Below are positions 7,558-16,840 of a stretch of DNA of 36,703 nt, piece after piece. Both the position numbers and the translations under genes were made by a program. Under the pieces are notes generated by a model. It made no database searches, was not told the origin of the DNA, and saw only the letters and a program-made list of their open reading frames with translations. The stretch covers positions 1 to 36,703 of the forward strand of contig JAPLGE010000069.1 of the NCBI GenBank assembly GCA_026390315.1, in the 5' to 3' direction. The DNA comes from Candidatus Bipolaricaulota bacterium. Lineage in GTDB: Bacteria; Bipolaricaulota; Bipolaricaulia; UBA7950; UBA9294. Position 1 is the stretch's first letter. Each line of letters opens with the position of its first letter.

Positions 7558-8550
7558 CTAGGACTTCGTCGGCGCCGTGCCTCTCCGCTGCGTGAGGTAC
7601 CGTTCTGCCGCGACGGCCGCCGTGGCCCCCTGGGCCGCGGCGATGACGACCTGGCGTAGGCGCTGGGCGACGACGTCGCCCGCGGCAAAGACGCCGGAGA
7701 CGCTCGTGCGGCCCTCATCGTCCACGACGAGGCCTCCGGTGTCGCTTCGCGCGAGCTCGTCCTGCAGGAAGTCTGTGATCGGCTCTCTGCCCTGGAGGTA
7801 GAGGAACACACCGGCGACTGGAAGGGTCTTCTCGCCCTGCGGCGTCCCGACTCGTACTCCCTCGACCTTCGCGTCCCCAAGCACCTCGCGCAGCCGAGCG
7901 TTGACGTGGACCTGAACGCGGTCGTCGCTGTCCACGAGAGAGGTGAGCCGTGGTGAGGCCGTGAGCTTTGGCGTCGGGACGAGGAGGTGAACGCTCTTCG
8001 CGAGCTTCGCGAGAAAGAGGGCCTCTTCCGCCGCCTCGTCGGTCGTCCCGGTCACGGCGACCTCCTGGTCGCGGAAGAAGAAGCCGTCGCAGGCCGCGCA
8101 GTAGGAAACGCCGCGTCCCGTGAGCCTCTCCTCCCCAGGAATGGTTCTTGCTCGCCCCAGGGCGCCGGTGGCGACGACGACGGTGCGTCCGCGGTAGATG
8201 CCCTTCGCGCCGCGGACCTCCTTCGTCTCGCCGGCGAGGCTCGCGAGGATCACCTTGTCCTCGACGAAGCGGGCGCCGAACCCTTGTGCCTGTGCCCGCA
8301 TCCGCTCGAGGAGCTCGATCCCCTTGACCTCATCGGGGACGCCAGGGTAATTCGAGACCCTCGCCGCGAGGGCGAGCGCCCCCGCGGCCGTCCCTTTGTC
8401 CACGACGAGCGTGGAGAGAGAGGCGCGCGCCGCGTACAGGGCCGCCGTGGAGCCGGCCGGCCCCCCGCCGATGACGATGACGTCGAAGACTTCCTTCTCG
8501 GCGGGGTTCCCCGTTTCCTCATGCGATGGAAGACGTGGTTCCTGGTTCAT
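7558..8550 (-). CDS. trxB: Thioredoxin reductase-family flavoprotein with atypical pyridine-nucleotide motifs
   Basis: GGGPAG FAD motif, GRGVSYCAACDG redox CxxC, TSVSGVFAAGD; start overlaps the Clp gene stop (ATGA). Confidence 0.88.
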   Translation of the reverse strand: MNQEPRLPSHEETGNPAEKEVFDVIVIGGGPAGSTAALYAARASLSTLVVDKGTAAGALALAARVSNYPGVPDEVKGIELLERMRAQAQGFGARFVEDKVILASLAGETKEVRGAKGIYRGRTVVVATGALGRARTIPGEERLTGRGVSYCAACDGFFFRDQEVAVTGTTDEAAEEALFLAKLAKSVHLLVPTPKLTASPRLTSLVDSDDRVQVHVNARLREVLGDAKVEGVRVGTPQGEKTLPVAGVFLYLQGREPITDFLQDELARSDTGGLVVDDEGRTSVSGVFAAGDVVAQRLRQVVIAAAQGATAAVAAERYLTQRRGTAPTKS

Positions 8551-10784
8551 CCTCTCCCCTGCTCGCTCTTCTCGCGGCGGATGACGAGCGCGCTCGCCAT
8601 CGCCGCGGCGTCCACGGTGACGCGATCCCCTTCCTTCACCTCGCCGGAGACGATCTTCATGGCCAATGGATTCTCCACGAGGCGCTTCATCGCCCGCTCC
8701 AGAGGCCGCGCCCCGTAGAGGGGATCGTACCCTTCCTTCGCCAACACCTTCTTCGCCTCCGCCGTGAGGACGAGGGAGATCCCCTGCTCGGCGAGACGCT
8801 CGTTCAACAGCGCCGCCTTGAGGTCGACGATCTCTAGGATCGCCGCCTCCGAGAGCGGGTGGAAGATGATCGTCTCATCGATCCGGTTCAGGAACTCCGG
8901 CCGGAAGGTACGCCTGAGCTCCTCCCGGATCTTTTCGTGGATTCGCTCCTCGGGAAGATCCTCGGCGAAGTGCTCGCTCCCGACGTTCGAGGTCATGATC
9001 ACGATCGTGTGGCGGAAGTCCACGGTGCGGCCGTGGCCGTCGGTCAGGCGTCCCTCGTCGAGAAGCTGGAGGAGGAGATTCATCACCTGCGGGTGTGCCT
9101 TCTCCACCTCGTCAAACAGGACGACCTGGTAGGGCCGGCGGCGGACCGCATCGGTCAGCTGCCCCCCCTCCTCGTACCCGACGTACCCCGGCGGGGACCC
9201 GATCAGACGCGCCACGGCATGGCGCTCCAAGTACTCGGACATGTCGATCCGCTGGAGGGCAGCGTCGCTGCCGAAGAGGAACGCCGCGAGAGCTTTGGCG
9301 AGCTCGGTCTTCCCCACTCCGGTCGGCCCAAGGAAGAGGAAGGTCCCGATCGGCCGCCGTGGATCCGCGAGCCCGGCGCGGGAGTGGCGCACGGCCTCGG
9401 CGATGGCGCGCACCGCCTCCTCCTGGTCGATGAGGCGCTGGTGCAGGAGGTCTTCCATGCTCGCGAGCCGCGTTCGCTCCTCTTCGAGCATCCGCTCGGC
9501 GGGGATCCCGGTCCACTGGGAGACGATGGCGGCGATGTCGTTTTCGGTCACTTCCTTGTCGCTCTTGTCGACCTGCAGCCGGCTCGCCGCCTCGTCTACG
9601 AGGTCGATCGCCTTGTCGGGAAGGAAGCGGTCGGAGATGTAGCGCTCGGAGAGCCTCGCCGCCGCGCGGATCGCCTCCTCGGTGATCTTCACGTGGTGAT
9701 GCTCCTCGAGCTTCGCGCGCAGCCCCTCCAGGATCTGGACCGTCTCTTCGACCGTCGGCTCGCGCACGAACACCTTCTGGAGACGGCGCTCGAGGGCGGA
9801 GTCCTTCTCGATGTGTTCGCGGTACTCGTCGAGGGTCGTCGCGCCGATGAGCTGGAACCTCCCGCGGGAGAGCGGCTCCTTGAGCATGTTCGAGGCGTCG
9901 ATCGCCCCTTCCGCCGCGCCGGCCCCGACCACGGTGTGGACTTCGTCGATGAACACGATCGTCTTTCCTGATTGAGCCTCGATTTCCTTGATCACGGCCT
10001 TCAGGCGGTCCTCGAACTCCCCGCGAAACTTCGACCCGGCGACCATCGCCGCGATGTCGAGCGAGACGATCTCCTTGCCCTTCAACGAATCCGCGACCTC
10101 ACCCTTCGCGATCCGCTGGGCGAGCCCCTCCACGACGGCCGTCTTCCCAACGCCAGGCTCGCCGATCAGGACGGGGTTGTTCTTGCGGCGGCGGGAGAGA
10201 ATCTGCTCCATGCGGCGGATCTCCTCGTCCCGGCCGATCACGGGGTCGAGCTCCCCGCGGGAAGCCATCTGCGTGAGGTTCGTCGAGTACTTCTTCAGGA
10301 TCTGGTAGCGCTCCTCCGAGGAGCGGTCGGTCACGCGCTGTTCTCCGCGGACACCCTTCAGGGCGGCGTAGATCGACTCGGGACTGATCTGGTGACGGTC
10401 GAGGACCCGCTTCAGCGCGGGATCGGTCGTCCGGCTGATCGAAAGGAGAAGGTGCTCGATCCCGACGAACTCGTCGCGGAGCCGGTCGGCCTCCATCTGG
10501 GCCCCGGTCACGACCGCGTCCAGGCGCGGCGTGATGTAGATCTGCGTCCCGACCGGGACGGTAACCGAAGGCTTGCCACGCAAGAGGAGATCCAGGTCGT
10601 GGGCGAGGCCGGAGGTGTTCACCCCCATCTCCTCGAGGATCTGGCGCCCCACGCCTTCCTGGGTGGCGAGGACCGTGAACACGTGCTCCACGTCGAGCTG
10701 GTTCTGCTTGGTGCGCGCAAGGAGGTCCTGTGCCTCGTGGAAGAGTTCCTGCGCGCCCTCCGTCAGTTTGTCGAAGCGGATCAT
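8547..10784 (-). CDS. ClpB/ClpC-like Hsp100 AAA+ ATPase lacking the middle domain
   Basis: Clp N-domain, two Walker A motifs ([16 protein letters not shown]), pore loops KFRGEFE and [22 protein letters not shown] 10784 is preferred from SD GGAGG spacing. Confidence 0.93.
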   Translation of the reverse strand: MIRFDKLTEGAQELFHEAQDLLARTKQNQLDVEHVFTVLATQEGVGRQILEEMGVNTSGLAHDLDLLLRGKPSVTVPVGTQIYITPRLDAVVTGAQMEADRLRDEFVGIEHLLLSISRTTDPALKRVLDRHQISPESIYAALKGVRGEQRVTDRSSEERYQILKKYSTNLTQMASRGELDPVIGRDEEIRRMEQILSRRRKNNPVLIGEPGVGKTAVVEGLAQRIAKGEVADSLKGKEIVSLDIAAMVAGSKFRGEFEDRLKAVIKEIEAQSGKTIVFIDEVHTVVGAGAAEGAIDASNMLKEPLSRGRFQLIGATTLDEYREHIEKDSALERRLQKVFVREPTVEETVQILEGLRAKLEEHHHVKITEEAIRAAARLSERYISDRFLPDKAIDLVDEAASRLQVDKSDKEVTENDIAAIVSQWTGIPAERMLEEERTRLASMEDLLHQRLIDQEEAVRAIAEAVRHSRAGLADPRRPIGTFLFLGPTGVGKTELAKALAAFLFGSDAALQRIDMSEYLERHAVARLIGSPPGYVGYEEGGQLTDAVRRRPYQVVLFDEVEKAHPQVMNLLLQLLDEGRLTDGHGRTVDFRHTIVIMTSNVGSEHFAEDLPEERIHEKIREELRRTFRPEFLNRIDETIIFHPLSEAAILEIVDLKAALLNERLAEQGISLVLTAEAKKVLAKEGYDPLYGARPLERAMKRLVENPLAMKIVSGEVKEGDRVTVDAAAMASALVIRREKSEQGRG

Positions 10785-10804
10785 CTCGGTCACCTCCCCC
10801 CGTC

Positions 10805-10831
10805 TTAGCAGTCGCTATACGTAACTGCTAA
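10805..10831 (-). promoter_or_regulatory. CIRCE-like operator (HrcA binding site)
   Basis: TTAGCAGTC-N9-AACTGCTAA versus consensus TTAGCACTC-N9-GAGTGCTAA, located between the promoter and SD of the Clp gene. Confidence 0.8.
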
Positions 10832-10835
10832 CAGC

Positions 10836-10864
10836 AGTCTACCGCGTTCTCCACGACACGTCAA
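10836..10864 (-). promoter_or_regulatory. Sigma70 promoter for the clp-trxB operon
   Basis: Minus strand TTGACG (10864-10859), 17-nt spacer, TAGACT (10841-10836), directly upstream of the CIRCE. Confidence 0.75.
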
Positions 10865-10926
10865 GAGGCGTTTCCCTTCCGCTGGAGGAGACGTAGGGAA
10901 AAGAGAAAGGGGCGGGAAGGCGGGCG

Positions 10927-11427
10927 CTAGGGCTTGCAGAAGGTCAGGCGGTCGCGGTCCTTCACCACCCCGGGAAAGCGAAGGACCCGGTTGTGCATGG
11001 CGACGTAGACTCCCGGAGGGACGAGGCGCGCGGCGAAAAGGGCCTCCGTCACGTTCTGCAGCGCGTCCGTGTCGCGGAACTCGTAGGGGCGCATCGCGCC
11101 GGTCAGGATGACCGGCGTAGCGAGAGGGTCAAGCTCGCGCTCGAGGAGGTCGCCCGTCTCGGTGAGGGTGTCAGTCCCGTGCAGGATCACGACCGCTTCG
11201 GCCTCGCGAAGCGCTTCTCTCGTCGCGTCGAGGATCCGTTGTCGATCCGCCGCAGTCATCTCGAGGGAGTCCTTGAAGACGACTGGCTCGTAGCTGACCT
11301 CAAGGTCGGGGAGCCGAAGCGTGGAGAGCATCCGAGGAAGAATGGTGTGGTAGTTCCGAAGGGATCCGTCCCGCTCGTTGTACGTCTTCTCGATCGTTCC
11401 CCCGGTCGTCAGAATGGTCACCTTCAT
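10927..11427 (-). CDS. Short asparaginase/glutaminase N-domain protein
   Basis: Catalytic motifs TGGTI and HGTDT plus PVILTGAMRP; 166 aa with no C-terminal domain; SD GAGGAGG. Confidence 0.88.
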   Translation of the reverse strand: MKVTILTTGGTIEKTYNERDGSLRNYHTILPRMLSTLRLPDLEVSYEPVVFKDSLEMTAADRQRILDATREALREAEAVVILHGTDTLTETGDLLERELDPLATPVILTGAMRPYEFRDTDALQNVTEALFAARLVPPGVYVAMHNRVLRFPGVVKDRDRLTFCKP

Positions 11428-11518
11428 CGCGTCACCTCCTCAGAGCCTGCCGCGGCATCCCGGATTGTACGCCGGTGCAGAAGCCGGCGCGAGGGGAGAA
11501 GGGACGGGCCGACCATCG

Positions 11519-12040
11519 TCAGCGGAGAGCGTTCACCACGACGTTCGCCGCCGCGTGGAGAAGGACGAGCCCGAAGAGTTTTGGGAGGCGTTTCTTGGAG
11601 ATCCGATGCGAGAGGCGCGGCCCGATCTGCGCCCCGGTGCCGAGCCCCAGTAAGAGGGGAAAGGCGAGGTCCATGTGGAGGTCCTCTCGAGCGAAGTGCG
11701 GGTAGGAGGCGACGACGGACGGGGGACCCTTCACGAGGAGACTCGTGGTCACGGCCGCCACGACGTCGATTCCCAGGAAGACGGCGAATAAAGGGGCGAG
11801 CGCGGTCCGCCGCCGATTCCAGACAGGCCATTCCCTGCTCCCGCGAGGAGGCCGACGAATACGGCGAGACCGCAGAGGCGGGGCCCGTCGCCCTCGCGCG
11901 GAGAGAGGGGAGATCTCCTCCGCCGACGTGCCGCGGAGCCGGGTGACGATTGGGCAGAGGAAGAAGGCGCCGAAGGCAACGGAGAGCCAGCGGGCGGCAA
12001 CGACCGCGGTCAGGCGGGCGGCGAACAGCCGCTCTGGACC
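11519..12040 (-). pseudogene. Decayed TauE/SafE (sulfite exporter, TSUP) family gene remnant
   Basis: Three frame segments: LFAARLTAVVAARWLSVAFGAFFL / FVGLLAGAGNGLSGIGGG / AAVTTSLLV...GAQIGPRLSHRISKKRLPKLFGLVLL. The N-terminal part is not evident. Confidence 0.65.
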
Positions 12041-12107
12041 GGCGTCGGCCGACCGGGTAGAGTGGCAGCATTCGAAGGCCTCCGGGCTCTAAAGGAAGGA
12101 GATCAGG

Positions 12108-12686
12108 ATGACGCACCGGCCGACTCGCGATGAGGCGCTCGCTCTCCTTTTGGAGTGGAACCAGAGCGACCGCCTCGTGAAGCACGCGCTCGGGGTCGAG
12201 GCCGTCATGCGCTACATGGCGCGCCAGCGCGGCGAGGACGAGGAGACGTGGGGGATCGTCGGTCTCGTCCACGACCTCGACTACGAGCGCCACCCCCAGG
12301 AGCACTGCCAGAAGACGAAGGAGATCCTCGAGGCACGCGAGTGGCCCGAGGAGATGGTCCACGCGGTTCTCTCCCACGGCTTCGGGTTGTGCACGAACGT
12401 CGAGCCCAGCCGCGAAATGGAGAAGGTCCTCTACGCGGTGGACGAGCTCGTTGGCCTCGTGGCGGCCGTGGCCGTCGTTCGGCCCTCGCGCAGCGTCCTC
12501 GACCTTGAACCAAGCTCCGTCGCGAAGAAGTGGAAGGACAAGAGCTTCGCCGCGGGGGCGAACCGGGACGTCATCGCCAAGGGAGCCCAGATGCTGGGGA
12601 TGGACCTGCGCGACCTCTTTGCCGACGTGATCTTGGGGATGCGCGAGGCTGCTGACGCGATCGGCCTAAGAGGGACCCTCTCCTGA
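12108..12686 (+). CDS. HD-domain (HDIG-type) predicted hydrolase
   Basis: KHALGVEAVMR, GLVHDLDYE, AVLSHG, YAVDEL, KKWKDKSFAAGANR; SD AAGGAG. Confidence 0.88.
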   Translation: MTHRPTRDEALALLLEWNQSDRLVKHALGVEAVMRYMARQRGEDEETWGIVGLVHDLDYERHPQEHCQKTKEILEAREWPEEMVHAVLSHGFGLCTNVEPSREMEKVLYAVDELVGLVAAVAVVRPSRSVLDLEPSSVAKKWKDKSFAAGANRDVIAKGAQMLGMDLRDLFADVILGMREAADAIGLRGTLS

Positions 12687-12716
12687 GGCCTGCCCTAGAG
12701 AGCGGGGCGGACGTGG

Positions 12717-13181
12717 CTACTCGACGCGGAGGTCGGCGATCGAGGCGCCGATCGCGCGGATGAGGTCGCTCGTCGCGAGCCGCACGAGGGTTCCCCGTGC
12801 CCCGGCGTTGATCACGACCGAGGGCTCCGCGACGAGCGCGCGGTCCAGGAAGACAGGGAGGGCGCGCTTCACGCCGAGGGGGCCGATGCCCCCGATCTCG
12901 TAGCCCGTGACGCGCTCCGCGTCCCGGGGGGACGCGGGGGAGACCTGCTTGTGACCCGAGACTCGCGCGAGCTTCTTCTCGCTCACGGTGCCGTCGCCCC
13001 CCATGAGGGCGAGGAGGAAGCTGTGGTCGTCCGCCCGGAAGACGAGCGTCTTGATCACGATCTCATCTCTCAGGCCGAGCCTCTGCGCGGCAAACCGGAC
13101 TCCCGTCTCGTCCGGGTGGTAGAAAAGGGCTTCGAACGGGATCCCCTCTTGCTTCAGTCGCTCAAGGCCGCGCGTCGTCAT
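12717..13181 (-). CDS. ybaK: YbaK/EbsC family aminoacyl-tRNA deacylase
   Basis: IKTLV catalytic Lys, TGYEIGGIGPLG, INAGARG. Confidence 0.88.
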   Translation of the reverse strand: MTTRGLERLKQEGIPFEALFYHPDETGVRFAAQRLGLRDEIVIKTLVFRADDHSFLLALMGGDGTVSEKKLARVSGHKQVSPASPRDAERVTGYEIGGIGPLGVKRALPVFLDRALVAEPSVVINAGARGTLVRLATSDLIRAIGASIADLRVE

Positions 13182-13487
13182 TGCCTTTGTCCTTCTTCGC
13201 CTTCAGCAGACCCGCCTGGACACCTCTCGTTTCGCCTCGCCGGCGCGAGCCGCGCCGAGCGTCGCCCTCCCGCCGCGTCCCCGACCGTGAGGATAGCCGG
13301 GCGGCCGTCCGCGGGGAAGAGGCGGTATAATGGGGCCCTTCCGGACCGCAAGCCGGGAAGGGGCGGCCCCTTCGTCCGTGCGGCAGGTTCGCGGAGGGCT
13401 TGGAAAGGAGAGTCATGAACGCTCTTGAGCACGGGCGGGGAGTCTCCCGCACACCCGGGCCGAAGGTCGGGGAGGGCTAGCGCGACG

Positions 13488-14027
13488 ATGACCGCGGATC
13501 CTTCTACCCTCCCTCGCTGGTCGTATCCCCTCGTCCTTGTCCTCCTGGGGATCGTCCTCTTCGTCGGGGCAGTTCCCTTCGCCCTGCAGTTGGGGGTCGG
13601 AGTGGAGACCGCTCTCTTCCTGTCCTACCTCTTCTTCCGGTCCCGACGCGGCGCGCCGCGAGAGCCGGCTCCCGCGAAGGTCCTTCCCCTCTTTCCCGGG
13701 CACCTGCTCCTCCTCCTGGCTCTCTCTCTCCTCCCGTCGCCCCAGCCGCGCCTCGTGATGGTGTGGATGCTCGTCCCGCTCCTGAGCGTTCTCTATGACT
13801 TGGTGGCCTCGCGGGGGCGGCTGCGATCGAGGCGGAACCTTTCGATCTTGACCATCCTTTACTGTATAATCTGGGCCGATCTCTTCTTCCTGATTGAACG
13901 CGTCATCGTCTTGGGAAGAAGAATCGTAGGAAGCGGGGAGATCGCAATTGGGGCGGGGTTTGTCCTGGCAGGACTCCTGTTCGTTTTCTTGGGCGTGTAC
14001 CGCCACTGGCGCACGAGGAAGGTGTAA
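13488..14027 (+). CDS. Hypothetical integral membrane protein (about 5-6 TM)
   Basis: Multiple hydrophobic segments; ends 11 nt before yajC. Start uncertain (13425 or 13488). Confidence 0.7.
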   Translation: MTADPSTLPRWSYPLVLVLLGIVLFVGAVPFALQLGVGVETALFLSYLFFRSRRGAPREPAPAKVLPLFPGHLLLLLALSLLPSPQPRLVMVWMLVPLLSVLYDLVASRGRLRSRRNLSILTILYCIIWADLFFLIERVIVLGRRIVGSGEIAIGAGFVLAGLLFVFLGVYRHWRTRKV

Positions 14028-14038
14028 GGAGTGAGACT

Positions 14039-14395
14039 ATGGCAAAGCTGATCGGTGTGATCCTGGGGTTGGGAATCCTGCTCGTCGGGAGCGCGGCGCT
14101 CGCTCAAGAGGCCGCCCCTCAGGCGCAGGCAGGGAGCTCTCCGTACATGCTCATCGTGATCCTTGTCGTGTTCGCGGCGGTCTTTTACTTCATGTTGATC
14201 CGGCCGCAGCGGAAGCGCCAGTCTCAGCACAACGCGCTCTTGAAAGACTTGAAGCGCGGCGACAACGTCGTGACCGCGGGCGGGATCTACGGCGAGATCG
14301 ATTCCGTCGGGGACACGAGCGTCGTCGTGACAGTCGAGGACGGGGGGAAGCTGAAGGTGGCGAAGTCCAGCATCGTCGACAAGCGCGCGAAGTAG
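14039..14395 (+). CDS. yajC: Preprotein translocase subunit YajC
   Basis: FYFMLIRPQRKRQ...LKRGDNVVTAGGIYG; lies directly upstream of secD. Confidence 0.95.
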   Translation: MAKLIGVILGLGILLVGSAALAQEAAPQAQAGSSPYMLIVILVVFAAVFYFMLIRPQRKRQSQHNALLKDLKRGDNVVTAGGIYGEIDSVGDTSVVVTVEDGGKLKVAKSSIVDKRAK

Positions 14396-14423
14396 CTCGC
14401 TTCCAGAGAGGGGGAGGCCTCGC

Positions 14424-15797
14424 ATGGTAAAAGGCAACATGACGCGGAACGACTGGCTCCGGCTCGCGAGCGTGGTGATCGTCTTCTGTGGTTCTCTCGC
14501 TCTCCTGTACCCCTTCTGGCCCCTCAAGGCGGTCATTCCCCTGGGTCTCGACCTTCAGGGCGGGGTACGGCTCGTCCTCCAGGCCAAGGCGACGGAGGGG
14601 ATGAGCGCCGACCAGAAGAGAGACACGCTCGACAAGATCGTCACGATCCTCTCCAACCGCGTCGACCAGTACGGCATGGCGAACGCGGAGATCAAGCGCC
14701 TCGGCACGGACCGGGTCCTGGTGAACGTCCCCGGGACGACCAACCCGGAGGAAGCCCGGCGTCTGATCGGGCAGACCGCGATGCTCGAGTTCCGCAAGGT
14801 CATCGAAGCGGGGACGACGCCGAACTCCGACCTCGTGCCGACCTCCACGGCACAGGAGGTCCTTCGCGACCGGGAGGGGATTCCCTACATCGTGGAAAGC
14901 GAGGCACTCCTCAGCGGAGCCGCCCTCTCGGACGCGCGCGTGCGCGTCTCCCAGTCCGTGCAACAGGCGGGGCAGATGTACATCGCCCTCTCCTTCAGCC
15001 AGGACGGGGCCCAGCAGTTCGTCAAGGCGCTGAACCAGCTGAAGGTGGACGACCGCCTGGCGATCGTCCTCGACGGCATCGTCTACAGCGCGCCGCGGAT
15101 CACGGACTCGATCAAGCAGGCGGCAGCGCAGGGATGGCGCCAGGTCCAGAACGAGACGACGATCACCGGCCGCTTCACTAGAGACGAGGCGACCCGCATC
15201 GGGATCGTCCTGCGTGCCGGCGCTCTACCTGTGGCCGTTGAACCGATCGAGGAGGTCACGGTCGGTCCCACCTTGGGCAGCGACTCGGTTCGCCGCGGCA
15301 TGATCACGATCGTCGCCGGCTTTGCCATCACCCTGATCTACATGACGATCTACTACCGCACCATGGGCCTCGCGGCGGACTGTGCCTTGGTCCTCAACAT
15401 GCTGATCATGTTCGCCGCGCTGCGTCTCTTCCACGCGACGCTCACCCTGCCGGGAATCGCGGGGATCGTCCTCACGATCGGCATGAGCGTGGACGCGAAC
15501 GTCGTCATCAACGAGCGAATCAAGGAGCAGCGGCGGGCGGGGAAGGCGCCGCTCGCAGCCGTGAAGGCCGGGTTCGCGATGTCGGTCTCCGCGCTGGTGG
15601 ACGCCAACCTGACAAACCTCATCGTCGCGGTCATCCTTCTACTTGTGGGGACCGGGCCGGTGAAGGGGTTCGCGATCACCCTCGGGATCGGCGTGGTAGG
15701 GAGCCTGTACGCGGCGTACGTCCTCTGCCGACTTCTTCAGGAGAAGACCCCGCTGGGCCGGCACATCCCAGTGCGGGTCTCGTCGCCGGAGAACTAG
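14424..15797 (+). CDS. secD: Protein translocase subunit SecD
   Basis: LGLDLQGG, GPTLG, LTLPGIAGIVLTIGMSVDANVVINERIKE, GPVKGFAITL. Confidence 0.95.
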   Translation: MVKGNMTRNDWLRLASVVIVFCGSLALLYPFWPLKAVIPLGLDLQGGVRLVLQAKATEGMSADQKRDTLDKIVTILSNRVDQYGMANAEIKRLGTDRVLVNVPGTTNPEEARRLIGQTAMLEFRKVIEAGTTPNSDLVPTSTAQEVLRDREGIPYIVESEALLSGAALSDARVRVSQSVQQAGQMYIALSFSQDGAQQFVKALNQLKVDDRLAIVLDGIVYSAPRITDSIKQAAAQGWRQVQNETTITGRFTRDEATRIGIVLRAGALPVAVEPIEEVTVGPTLGSDSVRRGMITIVAGFAITLIYMTIYYRTMGLAADCALVLNMLIMFAALRLFHATLTLPGIAGIVLTIGMSVDANVVINERIKEQRRAGKAPLAAVKAGFAMSVSALVDANLTNLIVAVILLLVGTGPVKGFAITLGIGVVGSLYAAYVLCRLLQEKTPLGRHIPVRVSSPEN

Positions 15798-16719
15798 CCA
15801 CCAGGACGAGCTCGAGCAACGCGTCGGCCGGCCGGATGAGGCCGGCCTTGATGTCAAGATCGAGGCCGATCGCGCAGTCGAGGGCCGTCGCCAACTCCAC
15901 GCTCGTGCGACGGCCGGCCTGATCGAAGAGCCGGCGCGCGAGCCACGACGGGCCCCCCAGGATCGTGGCCGCGCCCTCGAAAGGCGTCTTCTCGTCGAGG
16001 AGAAGGCGAGCGGCGAGGGTGCGCCCCAGGTGTCGCACGGCCGCGGCGAAGGTCTTCGACGGGTCTTCCCGAAGCTCCGCGAGGATCGCGAGCGCCGCGC
16101 GGAGGTTCCCCTCGCCGAGGCGGTCAAGAAGTGGGTAGACCGACGCTTCTCCCCCCGCGAAAGAGAACCGGTCCACCGCGTCCTCCGCGAGCGGCCCTTC
16201 TCCCAGGGCGACGCGCAGCTTTCGGACCTCCTGCGAGATGGCGAGGAGGTCCTCGCCGCTCCGTTCGACGAGCCTCTTCCCCTCCGCCGGCGCAAGCGAG
16301 ATCCCCTGCTCGGCGAGGAGCTCGCCCGCCGCGCGCTCGAGGGCCTTTCCTTTGAACTCGGGAAACGAGACGAGGCACCCCTTCTCCCGCGCGGACTTGA
16401 GCAGGGGGGAGGACTCCTTCAGTTCGGTCGCGAGCGCGGTGAGGAAGGTCGCTGGAAGAAGCTCCCGCCGGAAGAACGAGGCAAGTCCCTTCGAGTCCTT
16501 CGCGGCCTCGGCGTGGCGGACGACGAAGTGCCGCCCTGCGACGAAGAGCGATTGAGACTCAAGCTCGATTCCCAGGGAGGCGAGGTCGACTTCGTCACCG
16601 AACGTCTTGTGCCGCTCTGTGTCGGGGAACTCCTCGAGAATCACCGAGTGTCGGGCGGCGAGCGCCCGCTCGCACCGATACGGATCCCCGAGGAAAAGGG
16701 CGAGCTGCGGTTCAGGCAT
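15676..16719 (-). CDS. holA: DNA polymerase III delta subunit
   Basis: N-terminal LFLGD, SQSLF..RHFVVR, LVERSGEDLLAISQEVRKL, C-terminal DLDIKAG...LLELVL. Confidence 0.8.
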   Translation of the reverse strand: MPEPQLALFLGDPYRCERALAARHSVILEEFPDTERHKTFGDEVDLASLGIELESQSLFVAGRHFVVRHAEAAKDSKGLASFFRRELLPATFLTALATELKESSPLLKSAREKGCLVSFPEFKGKALERAAGELLAEQGISLAPAEGKRLVERSGEDLLAISQEVRKLRVALGEGPLAEDAVDRFSFAGGEASVYPLLDRLGEGNLRAALAILAELREDPSKTFAAAVRHLGRTLAARLLLDEKTPFEGAATILGGPSWLARRLFDQAGRRTSVELATALDCAIGLDLDIKAGLIRPADALLELVLVASSPATRPALGCAGPAGSSPEEVGRGRTPRTGSLPRRSRG

Positions 16720-16840
16720 GTCCCCCTCGTCGAGTCAGGATAGCCGATCTTAGCGCGCGAGCCGAAAGGAGGCAATCCTCTCTGTTTGGGAGCGCGGGCC
16801 TCTTCTCGACAAGACGGAGCCGATCGGCTATACCTTCCCC

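Noticed and set aside
13848-13870. TTGACC...TATAAT inside the membrane protein gene, in a lower-GC patch upstream of yajC
   Set aside because: The spacer is only 11 nt; an internal promoter is possible but not supportable.
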